In this document: positions 27,687 through 36,967 of the stretch, in pieces
Position numbering within the stretch: position 1 is the first letter of the stretch
Layout: each line of letters starts with the position of its first letter
Virus record (IMG/VR): IMGVR_UViG_3300013426_000026
Location: 39,395-103,394 of that record
Reading direction: 5' to 3' (one strand)
Source of the DNA: a virus
Taxonomy: Duplodnaviria > Caudoviricetes
Length of the DNA stretch: 64,000 bases
Notes under the pieces: generated by a model
The model's database searches: none
What the model was told of the DNA's origin: nothing
What the model saw: only the letters and a program-made list of their open reading frames with translations
Program-made: the position numbers and the translations under genes

Positions 27687-28292
27687 ATGGAAAAATTGTA
27701 TAATATAAAGAATACTTTAATATCTTTGGTTGAATAGCAAATGGCTAATCCTCAATGCGTGGACACTCATGAAATGGGAGAAGTTATTGATATGATTAAG
27801 GATTTGGCTGAAGCTTGTTACTATGGTTCTATTGTTGATGCTATGGAAAAGACAGAAAGAGAAGAAGTTTATGGCATCGGTATGATGGATAAGGATTATA
27901 AAAAGCGTAGATATTATATGAATGATAATTACTTTGATGATAATTATTATTATGGTATTGGCGCAATGGATAACCGTAAATCTTCCAATAGTAAACATTC
28001 AACTGATAGAATGAGTTATATGGATAGCGATTTAGGATATAACGGTTCTGATTATATGGGTATTGGAGCAATGAGTGAAGACAGTAAAAAAATGGGCCAT
28101 AGTCCTTTAAAACGTAAATCTTATATCGAGAGTAAAGAAAAACATTTGGACTAGGCCCTGTAGATGAGAGAATTAGAAGATTACGCACAAGAATTAACTT
28201 CTGACCTCATGGATATGATAAAGGATGCAACTCCTGAAGAAAAACAATTATTATAGCGTAAAGTTGCAACGTTAGCAACAAAAATTGTATAA
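27687..28292 (+). CDS. cassette gene 5, helical hypothetical protein (201 aa, TAG=Gln)
   Basis: MEKLYNIKNTL...VDTHEMGEVIDMIKDLAEACYY...MRELEDYAQELTSDLMDMIKDATPEEKQLLQRKVATLATKIV; TAA 28290-28292. Confidence 0.8.
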
Positions 28293-28297
28293 AGAAT

Positions 28298-28335
28298 AAA
28301 TAAAGGGAAGCTTAATTGCTTCCCTTTATTTTTTT
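28298..28335. terminator. bidirectional terminator at the strand switch
   Basis: AAATAAAGGGAAGC-ttaatt-GCTTCCCTTTATTT between convergent genes. Confidence 0.85.
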
Positions 28336-28735
28336 AGTTATGCGTTACTTGATTAGTATATTTTTGTACTATTAGCGCAAACAACTAATCTCCCTAATGA
28401 TTTCCGCCTAAGCCATTATATGCTTCATGGTCGGCGTCTATATCACTATATTCATCAGGAGTTATAACATGATCAGTTTCTAATAATCTATAGCAATCAG
28501 CTATAAATTTAGGTCTTTGTAAAGAAAGTAAACCTTTTTTCAAAGACTATATTTCTTCTTCTTGCTAATCATGCTTTGTTTGCACTTCTTCTTGTAATTT
28601 TCTTATTTCAGCCTTTTGGTTTTCGGCATATTCATTTTTAACTAAATTAAAAAATCTTTTTAAAAACCAACTAAAAGCACCAATTACAATACCAAATAAT
28701 ATTTCTAACCAATACTGTAGGATAAATTCTAACAT
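28334..28735 (-). CDS. holin-like membrane protein (133 aa, TAG=Gln)
   Basis: MLEFILQYWLEILFGIVIGAFSWFL (TM), coiled coil, then HEAYNGLGGNHQGDQL; the YxxLGGN motif is common in Firmicute phage lysis-region proteins; GGAGG RBS. Confidence 0.6.
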
Positions 28736-28821
28736 TTATATAATTCCTCCAATATTTGTCGCTCTTTCTCATTATTATTAAAGAAAGAAATTATATAATT
28801 ATAAGGTTCCGCCCAAAGAAT

Positions 28822-29328
28822 TTATTCCCAATTTAATTCTTCTTTGTTAGATTTAAAATAGGCGGAATATAAACAAATTGCATCGCATACATCGTCATTG
28901 GCCTCTATTCCATAAGTATCTTTTACATACTAAATATCAAGCGGTTTGAGCTTTTCGCGTCTAACGCCACGTCCAGTTTTTATACCAAGCTAATGGCGCC
29001 ATTCGCTAGCCTACATAAACTCAATACTTTTGGAATTAATTTTATTATTTACAGAATGAGCGCCAAGGACAACTGACCCCTGAAGCCACATAAGTAAACG
29101 TGCTGTGTCTGAATATCCATATGCTTCTGGATGAACATCTTCGGCTATTAATTTTTCTATTTTATATTCTTTAATTAAATCTATAAGTTTACTCTATATT
29201 TTTTGAATACGAGCAACATTATTTTCTGAAGAAGCGGTAATTAATCCATAAGTAATTAAATTACCTTTATCATCGGAAATTGCATAACCTGTGGATTTTG
29301 TTGATAAATCTAAAAATAAAAAATTCAT
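28822..29328 (-). CDS. ruvC: RuvC-like Holliday junction resolvase (168 aa, TAG=Gln)
   Basis: FLDLSTKSTGYAI, LIAEDV, SEWRHQLGI, NDDVCDAICL acidic motifs; 4 in-frame TAG. Confidence 0.75.
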
Positions 29329-29377
29329 ATAAATCTCCTCCTATTATAGAAGGAGATTATTATTTATTAATTAATAA

Positions 29378-29917
29378 TTAATGACCAGTAGAACCGAAAC
29401 CGCCTTGACGAATTCCATTTGCTTTATCATCATCGGTGATAAGATAATTATAAATAATACCTTGGCCAATTCTATCTCCTCGATGAAGAATAATATCAAA
29501 AGGAGAAAGATTAATCATTTGAAAAAATATCTCACCATCATTATTTGAATTCCCATAATAGTCACTATCGATCTTACCTGACCCGTTAGCCATAATAAGC
29601 CAATTTTTAAGAGGGCAAGATGAACGGACGGAAATTTCAAGATATTGATTATCTTCCATATGACATTTCATGCCAGTAGAAACAAGAGTAGGTTTTAATT
29701 GAGATGCCTTTGTAATTTTACTAATTTCATCAAGAGTAATAGGATTTTCACTAACGGCGGTAAAAGACTTTTATTGCTCTACCATTTTAGGATAAGATGG
29801 AATTACAACGTCTTCCGCAACAGTAAAGTCATATCCTGCGCTTTTGGCGGTTTTGCGCTCAGGCATAGGTAAATTTACATCAGAAAAACGACTTACTTTT
29901 TCAAAATAAATACTCAT
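29378..29917 (-). CDS. dut: trimeric dUTPase with one in-frame TAA (29771-29773)
   Basis: KTAKSAGYDF, RSS, GKIDSDYY, GDRIGQGI and RQGGFGSTG motifs lie in one frame; the TAA falls in the variable insert after VIPSYPKMVEQ. Confidence 0.8.
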
Positions 29918-30162
29918 TATTCAACCTCATAATTAATAGAAACATGACTAATAGGTTCTTTTTCGGCATTAAACTTTTTAACTAAAGTCACTTGATACCA
30001 TTCATCAATGACCTCACCCTTTTGCTTTTGTTCTTTCTTTACTGAAGAATACTTTGCAAGTTCATATTGTTTATCTTGTTTTGCATTATTAATAAGCTCA
30101 GTGGCTTCTTTTTCAGTATTTACTCTATATACCTCAGTGGTATTAATTAAATATTCAAACAT
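29917..30162 (-). CDS. hypothetical protein (81 aa)
   Basis: Intact ORF with RBS; its stop overlaps the dut start. Confidence 0.7.
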   Translation of the reverse strand: MFEYLINTTEVYRVNTEKEATELINNAKQDKQYELAKYSSVKKEQKQKGEVIDEWYQVTLVKKFNAEKEPISHVSINYEVE

Positions 30163-30174
30163 TCCTTTTTCTCC

Positions 30175-30435
30175 TTAATTTAAATAAACATTAATTTTAT
30201 TATCACTAAATTTAGTATTTAATTGATATTCAATATTTTGTTTTAAACCTTCTCCATAAGTTTGATTACCATAAATATGGATATCACTGTCATTATATTG
30301 TTTAGCTAATTGCACCAATGTCTCATCCAAGTTCTCAAGTCGGCAAGTACAAAGCATTTTCCCCTCTTTATCTTCTGGAGATTTATAATAAACTAATTGA
30401 GTATTATTAAATAAATCAAAATAAGTATAAATCAT
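30175..30435 (-). CDS. hypothetical protein (86 aa)
   Basis: Intact ORF in a tightly packed operon. Confidence 0.65.
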   Translation of the reverse strand: MIYTYFDLFNNTQLVYYKSPEDKEGKMLCTCRLENLDETLVQLAKQYNDSDIHIYGNQTYGEGLKQNIEYQLNTKFSDNKINVYLN

Positions 30436-30437
30436 AA

Positions 30438-30962
30438 TTAGCCTTCCTTTACAAAAACAACGCCCGCGTCATAGCCAAATAAATAATAACAATTACTTGT
30501 TTTGTCCGAGTTTGTAATCCAAATTTCAATAGCTCCATTATTGTTATTAGAAATATCTTTAATATCTCCAAATTCTTGTAAATCATGCAAAATATCTAAA
30601 ACCGCGTCTGAAAATAAATTATAAGCCGTTTCATTTATGCTACTGGTTTCAAACATGGTAATATAGCTTAATTCTTTACAATATAACATTAAATATTTAT
30701 TTTTAGTCGTTTTGAAAAAATCTTCAATAATATTAAGCTTATCAAAAATTTGTTCTTCACTAAGAGGCTTCATTTGTGTCATTACTTGCTAATTTAATTC
30801 ATAATTTGTCATTTTAAGATTAATATCTTTAGTAATTATTGACCATTCTGTACCGGTCCAAGTATAATTTTGTTCATCAGAAATATTATAAAATACATCA
30901 CCAACTTGTGGAGCTTTACTAATGGCTTCATCTAAATTTTTTATTTTTCCTCGATATCTCAT
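30438..30962 (-). CDS. hypothetical protein (174 aa, TAG=Gln)
   Basis: ATG 30962 overlaps the nrdG TGA; extends track ORF 30438-30782 through one TAG. Confidence 0.7.
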
Positions 30963-31453
30963 TTATTCATCTCCTTCAAGTAAATAATATGTTGATTTAA
31001 ACTTCCCCTCATAGATAAAGTAATATCTCTTTGCTCTTGTATATAAGGGCCATCAACTAATACATCAATAGTATTTAAAATTTCTTGTAATTTGCCGTTT
31101 TCTTTTTTATTGATTAAATCTTCATAGTAATAGCCAGTCCATAAATAAATTTTTGTATTGGGTAATTTTTCTTTTACAAATCTAATAACTAATAAAGTTA
31201 ATAATTGATTTTGTTCACACAAAGGTTCTCCGCCAAGTATACAAAAATTTCTATGAACATTATTTGCCGTTAATGCCTAATAAATTTCATTAAATACATC
31301 ATTAGTGAATTCTTTTCCACCATTAAAATCCCACGTTTCAGGGTTATGGCATCCTTCGCAGTGATTAGGTTAAGGACAGCCCTAGGTCCAAAATGATACA
31401 TTTACCCCGGGGCCGTTTGCAACGTCATTGTATTTCAAATCAGCGTATTTCAT
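30959..31453 (-). CDS. nrdG: anaerobic RNR activase (radical SAM) with a 6-nt TAA-containing insertion in the CxxxCxxC motif
   Basis: DVANGPGVNVSFWTQGCP[*P]NHCEGCHNPETWDF, LGGEP, IYLWTGY, DVLVDGPY, RGSLNQ; TAA at 31370-31372. Confidence 0.85.
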
Positions 31454-32347
31454 TTAATCATCTCCTTTAAATAAATATTTAGAAGTTTCAGGAATTAAAT
31501 CAGATAAAATTATACAGTCTCGTTTTTCATAAGGTATTCTAATTAATAAAATATTATTTTCTAAACAATAGTTATCTTTTATTTTATCTCATTCTTGCAA
31601 ATCTTTAAAATCTTCTATGGTACTACTCCAAGTTGTAAATGGAGTAGTGTGCTATTTTCCATCAAACTCTATAAAGTAAGGATTTTTATTATTGTTTGGT
31701 ATATAAAAATCAAAACGTAATTTTCTTTGGAGATTTTCGGGATGAAATTCTTGTATAAATTCAATATTGTTGTTTCTTAAAATATTGGCGATATTTTGTT
31801 CACCTATGGAATAATTTATACAGCCACAACTTTGTATTTTCTAACTTTTTAAATGCTTTCCTAATATACTTTTTTGTTTTCCACAATCACATTGACAAAT
31901 CCATCTTGGTCCATTTTCATTGTTTGACCAATCTCTATCCAACACAAGTAAATGATTAAATTTCTATCCAATTAGATTATTTCCTTTTGTGTACTAATGA
32001 TGTTTTACAAAATTTCCACATGAAGTACTTGTTCCCTATGTTAGATGTGATTTATAAACTGATTTTACAATTCCACATGAACATTGGCATAAAACACAAC
32101 CTGGTTTCTAATTTTGTTCATCAATTACTATCCATTCTCCAAATTTTTTATTTAAAATACTTTTCTTCTATAAACATCCACAGCTTTTAACTCTTCCACG
32201 TCTTAATGCGGTGCCTCTAATACTTTTTATATTCCCGCATGAGCAACTACAAATCCAATGTTTATCAGGCGCTATGTTGTTTTTGTCCAAATATAATACT
32301 GTTAATAAACCATATTTATTTCCAGTTTCATCAATAAATTTACCCAT
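31454..32347 (-). pseudogene. free-standing homing-type endonuclease (three CxCxCG...SCG repeats plus a PD-(D/E)XK-like domain) with an in-frame TGA
   Basis: WICSCSCG...KSCGC repeats; SIGEQNI...RFDFYI...FIEFDGKQH...LIRIPY; TGA at 31589-31591 in QE*DKIKDNYC; sits between nrdD and nrdG. Confidence 0.65.
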
Positions 32348-32351
32348 AGTA

Positions 32352-35300
32352 TTATAAATGGCATACCCTATCTCTTATTTCATTAGTTCGGCCGTGATTC
32401 CAAAATTGAGAACCGATATCTTTGACACCCTCGGTTTCCCGATATTTATTAGGGGAATAGACTATACAATATTTATTATTATTATTATTATTTGTGGCAA
32501 AATTGTCCTTTGTTATTTCTAGCTTTATTTCCATTAGTGAATCCATACAATAGATTATCTTTATGAGACATCCATTCTAAATTATTTAAATTATTATTTT
32601 TAGGATTATTATCCTTATGATTTACATCAGATAGATGCTCTGGATTTGAGATAAACATTTCAGCTATAATTCTATGAATATAAACATCTTCTCGTTCGTT
32701 AGTGCTGTCGCATCTCATGTAAATTCGAGCATATCCGGTTTTTGTATATCTAGGAGTTAATTCTTTTGGGGATATCCATTTCGATTTGTCAAAACGATTT
32801 CGACATCCTTTGGGAATTACAGAGTATATTTTTCCATCTTTACTAATTTTATATCCTGTAAAATCTGGAATATCATACAGTTTTTCCATAATTATTATCT
32901 CCTTTCTTTATTTTTAATAATAATAATAATAATAAATTCCCTATTATAGTCGTTGAACGTTCCTCCGGCCTGGAGGCTTCGCTGCGTTTGATTGCCCAAT
33001 CTCAAATGATTTTACTATACCGTTTCCGTTGCTAAACGCCATTTATATATTCCTATATAAATTTAGTTATTTGAGCTTAAGGGGTTCCCCGCAATTTAAG
33101 GGATTTAGTGTGGACAATATCGTTTATCCACAGGTTCTGCGTGCAACATTAAGTGTTTCATGGTCTCGATTACCACAATTAGGGCAATACCATTTGAGAT
33201 TATCATCTATTAAAATTTCTCCATCGTAGCCACATTTTTGGCAATAATCAGATTTAGTATTTAATTCAGCATACATGATATGATTATAAATAAATTGCAT
33301 TACAGTTTCTACGGCCTCAATATTATTCTGAAGATTAGGAGTCTCAATATAACTAATTGCACCACCAGGACTCAATGCTTGGAATTCAGCTTCAAGAGCC
33401 AATTTATTAAAAGCATCAATTTCTTCAAATACTGGGACATGGTAACTATTTGTAATGTAATCTCTATCTTTGCCATCAAGTTTTATAAAAATATCTTTCC
33501 CGAAACGTTTTTTAAGGCAAGTGGCAAATTTATATGTTGTACTTTCAATTGGAGAACCATAGACGCTATAAGAAATATCCTCTTCGGCACGCCATTGTGA
33601 GCAAGCATCATTTAAGTGTTGCATAACTTTAAGGCCAAACTCTTTCCCACCTTTAGTATGACTTTCTCCAGTCATATATTTAACACATTCATAAAGCGCT
33701 GCATAACCAAGAGATAAAGTAGAATAATTATTATGCAATAATTTGTGAATACTTTCTCCTTGATTTAATCTGGCCAAAGCGCCGTAACGCCACAATATAG
33801 GTGAAACATCGGCAGTTGCGTGGCTTAATCTTTCATGCCTTGCTTGTAAAGCTCGATGGCATAATTCAAGACGTTCATCAAATAATTGCCAGAATTTTTC
33901 AAAATCTTTATTGGAACTAAAAGCGATATCAGCAAGATTAATGGTGACCACTCCCTAGTTGAAGCGGCCATAATATTTGTGACTAATAGGGTCGGGCGTG
34001 AGGAAACTTCTACACATATTAATCCAATATTGCTATTGGGACTGACTATATCTTCTATCTTAAAATTAAGATAGTCTTCCGCTTCGGTTTTCAGTTGCTT
34101 CGTTTCCTAAAACAACGGTGGTGCTTATCTCCACCCCTACTCCCATACATTCATCAGGGATAGTCGATACACTTTAATTCAAAATTTCAATTTTATATTG
34201 GTTTTTAATAATAAAATATGGCTCTTCCTTATGTTTATAGGCTTTTCCGCTAAAAGTTTTTTCTGATAGTTGAAAATATCGTTCGGCTTCAGCGTAGCTA
34301 TTAAATTTGTATATAGTATTATCTAATAAATTTGTTACCTATATTTTTCTTGCTCGAGCATTATTTTTATTCACACTATATTCTGGATAGTTCTCATTAG
34401 CATAAGCAATTTGCCACTATTTACGATATAGACATTTTGTTTGTCCTAAGCAACGTCGTGTAATAAAATTATGATTCGTTTCATTAAAAAAAGCCTGCAT
34501 CTCAGATATAGAATCAAAATAGTATTCTTCATCTGTATTGATATTTCTACATTTAACGGCCGTTGCCTATGGATTTTTACCCGCTTTTTTACTGCTTGAA
34601 ATTTTTTGTTTAATTTCTTTTAATTCGTTAGAAGTTTTGTATTTATAAGTATTACCGCCACTTTTAAGGCAAGAATCTGTCTCATTATAACCCATTTCTA
34701 TTGAATTATAAAAATGAATCCAATAAACTTCTTTTTGATTGAGTTCCTCTTGTGTTTCAGCGCGGTCTATTTCTATAACAGTAAAATTATTTGGGCCATA
34801 TTTACGAATTGCTCTTGCTAAATGGGTATCAATCCTATTATTAATTGTATCATAAATATGTCGCTAAAATCTTTCTTCTATTGTTTTAGAAGTTTGACCA
34901 ATATAAATTTTTTGATTTATCTAATTTGTAATTTTATATACTAGCATTTTTCTCACCTTTATATTAATGTGAGAAAGGGTCTAGTTAATTTAATTAAAAT
35001 AGTCCAAGAAATTTTAAATTCTTAGCACGGTCTCATCCTAACAGTAGGACCTAACCGTTGGCCTATTAAATTATTAATAGACACCCGCGAGCGCGGTTCA
35101 AAAGATTTTACATGAGCTGTAGTTTACGCTTACCCATGCATGGATAAACATCACCTTTTAATTCCTTCATTATTTTTTCAGAAATATAATCAGGTACCAA
35201 GCGTTTTGCCGTACATTTAGCGGCCAGCTCTGTTAAATACCAATATTTACCATTTGGAGTAATATTATCTTCTTCAAGAACATAAAGCAATTTGGGGAAA

Positions 35301-36301
35301 GCTGGAGTAATATATACACCTTTTTCATTTTTAAATCCAAGAATACGTTGATTTAAAAATTCTTCAATCAACATAGCTAATTCTTCTTTATATTCTTCAG
35401 TTTCATTCAAATACATATATACCGAAAGAAAAGGGGCTTGTCCATTTGTATTAGTCATAGAATTAGTTTGGTAATTAAAGGTTTGAACAGCATCAACAAT
35501 TTCTTTGTGTAAATCTTCTTCTACGAATTCTCTGGCTTGCTCTTTACTTAATCCTCGATATTGATATTTCTTAATATATCTTTCTTTACTACTTCTAACA
35601 AAAGGAGCCAAATGACTTAATGAAATAGTCGCTCCACCATAAGAAGAAGAAGTTACTGCAGCAATAATTTGTGTAGCAATTGTTGTTGCTGTAAGTAAGC
35701 GATGAGGCTTTTCAATCATAACACCATTCACTACCGTACCATTCTGCAACATATCATCAAGATTAATTAATTCACAATTATGTAAAGCATTTTGCGCGAA
35801 ATAATCTGCATCATGAAAATGTATAATTCCTTCATCATGGGCTTTTACGATATCAGCATCCAAAAGAAAACGTCGGGTAATATCTGTACTAACAATGCCG
35901 GCCATATAATCTCTTTGTACTGTGGTACGTTTAGCATTTTTATTAGAATTTTCATTATTCCAATAATCGCTATTTCCTTCTAATAATTCTCTGATAGATT
36001 TATCAGTGGTATTAGATTGACGGACCATTTCTTTTTTATATCTATATCTAATATAAGCCCGCGCAACATCACGTCGTTCAGAACGCATAAGATAATCTTC
36101 AATTAAATCTTGAATATCTTCTACTTCTATACTACCATCTGGACATTTTAACATCCATTTTTCAATATCATTAGCAATATCTATAGCGGTATCACTTTCA
36201 TAAAGCTAACCATCAACTTCTATAAACGCTTTATCGATTGCATTTATAATTTTGTTTTTATCAAATAAAACGACTGTGCCGTCTCGTTTAATTATATACA
36301 T
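32352..36301 (-). CDS. nrdD: anaerobic (class III) ribonucleotide reductase, 3 exons
   Basis: Exons 36301-35132, 34014-33126 and 32419-32352. ATP cone (IKRDG), PCMG|CRSFL, GRFNQGVVT (Q=TAG at 33955-57), and RRTCG-Y|IG glycyl-radical motif. Confidence 0.95.
32420..33125 (-). mobile_element. group I intron 2 of nrdD (706 nt) with HNH endonuclease
   Basis: Splits the TAT codon of RTCGY; P1 GUGGAU/GUCCAC; CAACGACTA and TATAGTC P7 strands; terminal G. Confidence 0.9.
32488..32889 (-). CDS. intron-encoded NUMOD4/HNH homing endonuclease (133 aa)
   Basis: YKISKDGKIYS...YIHRIIAEMFI...VNHKDNNPKNNNLNNLEW. Confidence 0.85.
   Translation of the reverse strand: MEKLYDIPDFTGYKISKDGKIYSVIPKGCRNRFDKSKWISPKELTPRYTKTGYARIYMRCDSTNEREDVYIHRIIAEMFISNPEHLSDVNHKDNNPKNNNLNNLEWMSHKDNLLYGFTNGNKARNNKGQFCHK
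34015..35131 (-). mobile_element. group I intron 1 of nrdD (1117 nt) with GIY-YIG endonuclease
   Basis: Lies between MG and CRS; P1 CAUGGGU/GCUCAUG; GTATCGACTA and AAGATATAGTC; terminal G at 34015. Confidence 0.9.
34174..34947 (-). CDS. intron-encoded GIY-YIG homing endonuclease (257 aa, TAG=Gln)
   Basis: MLVYKITNQINQKIYIGQTSKTIEERFQRH...AIRKYGPNNF...GYNET; NUMOD-like C-terminal repeats. Confidence 0.85.
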
Positions 36302-36397
36302 TTATTAACCTCCATACTGTAATATAGTATAGCCTTATAATAAGCTATACTATATTTAGTATTTTTTATTAATTAATTGTCCTTTTTGGGCCAAGAT

Positions 36398-36967
36398 TTA
36401 GTCCCAAAACCAAGGATGGTCCATAATCTTATCACAACATTTTAATTCATCTTGTTGAATTTCATTAAATAATATTTCCATATTATCAAATTTTATATCT
36501 TTAAAATCTTCTTCATCTGCAAAATAACGTCTAATAATTTCTTTAACATCTGGATATTCTTCTCTACTCAATTGGCGTAAAAAACGTTGTTTATCAGAAG
36601 CATGAATATAATATATTTGTAAATCAATGTCTGAAAAATTAAGTAAAGTTTTAATACCCGAAGGATTGAAAATTCCTATGTTAATTTTATTTTTATCTAA
36701 ACATTTAATGCCAGTTCCATACCACCAGTTATTAAATTGAATATATTCAAGCATTTGATTATTATTTACCATTTGCTCGAATTCTTTTTCAGAAATAAAA
36801 TGATATTCTTTCCCCTCTATTTCTCCTTCACGCATTGGACGAGTTGTATAAGAGATAATATAATTTATAGATGAATCAGATATTCTTATTACATCTTTTA
36901 AAATGGTATCTTTCCCTGACCCAGCTTTGCCTATCAATGCTATTAATTGATATTTTTTATTCTTCAT
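36398..36967 (-). CDS. gmk: guanylate kinase
   Basis: GKAGSGKDT, YTTRPMREGEIEGKEYHF, WYGT. Confidence 0.9.
   Translation of the reverse strand: MKNKKYQLIALIGKAGSGKDTILKDVIRISDSSINYIISYTTRPMREGEIEGKEYHFISEKEFEQMVNNNQMLEYIQFNNWWYGTGIKCLDKNKINIGIFNPSGIKTLLNFSDIDLQIYYIHASDKQRFLRQLSREEYPDVKEIIRRYFADEEDFKDIKFDNMEILFNEIQQDELKCCDKIMDHPWFWD

Noticed and set aside
31589-31591. TGA as a second reassigned codon
   Set aside because: It is a single case in a dispensable endonuclease; TGA terminates many genes here (TMP, nrdG, helicase, ligase).
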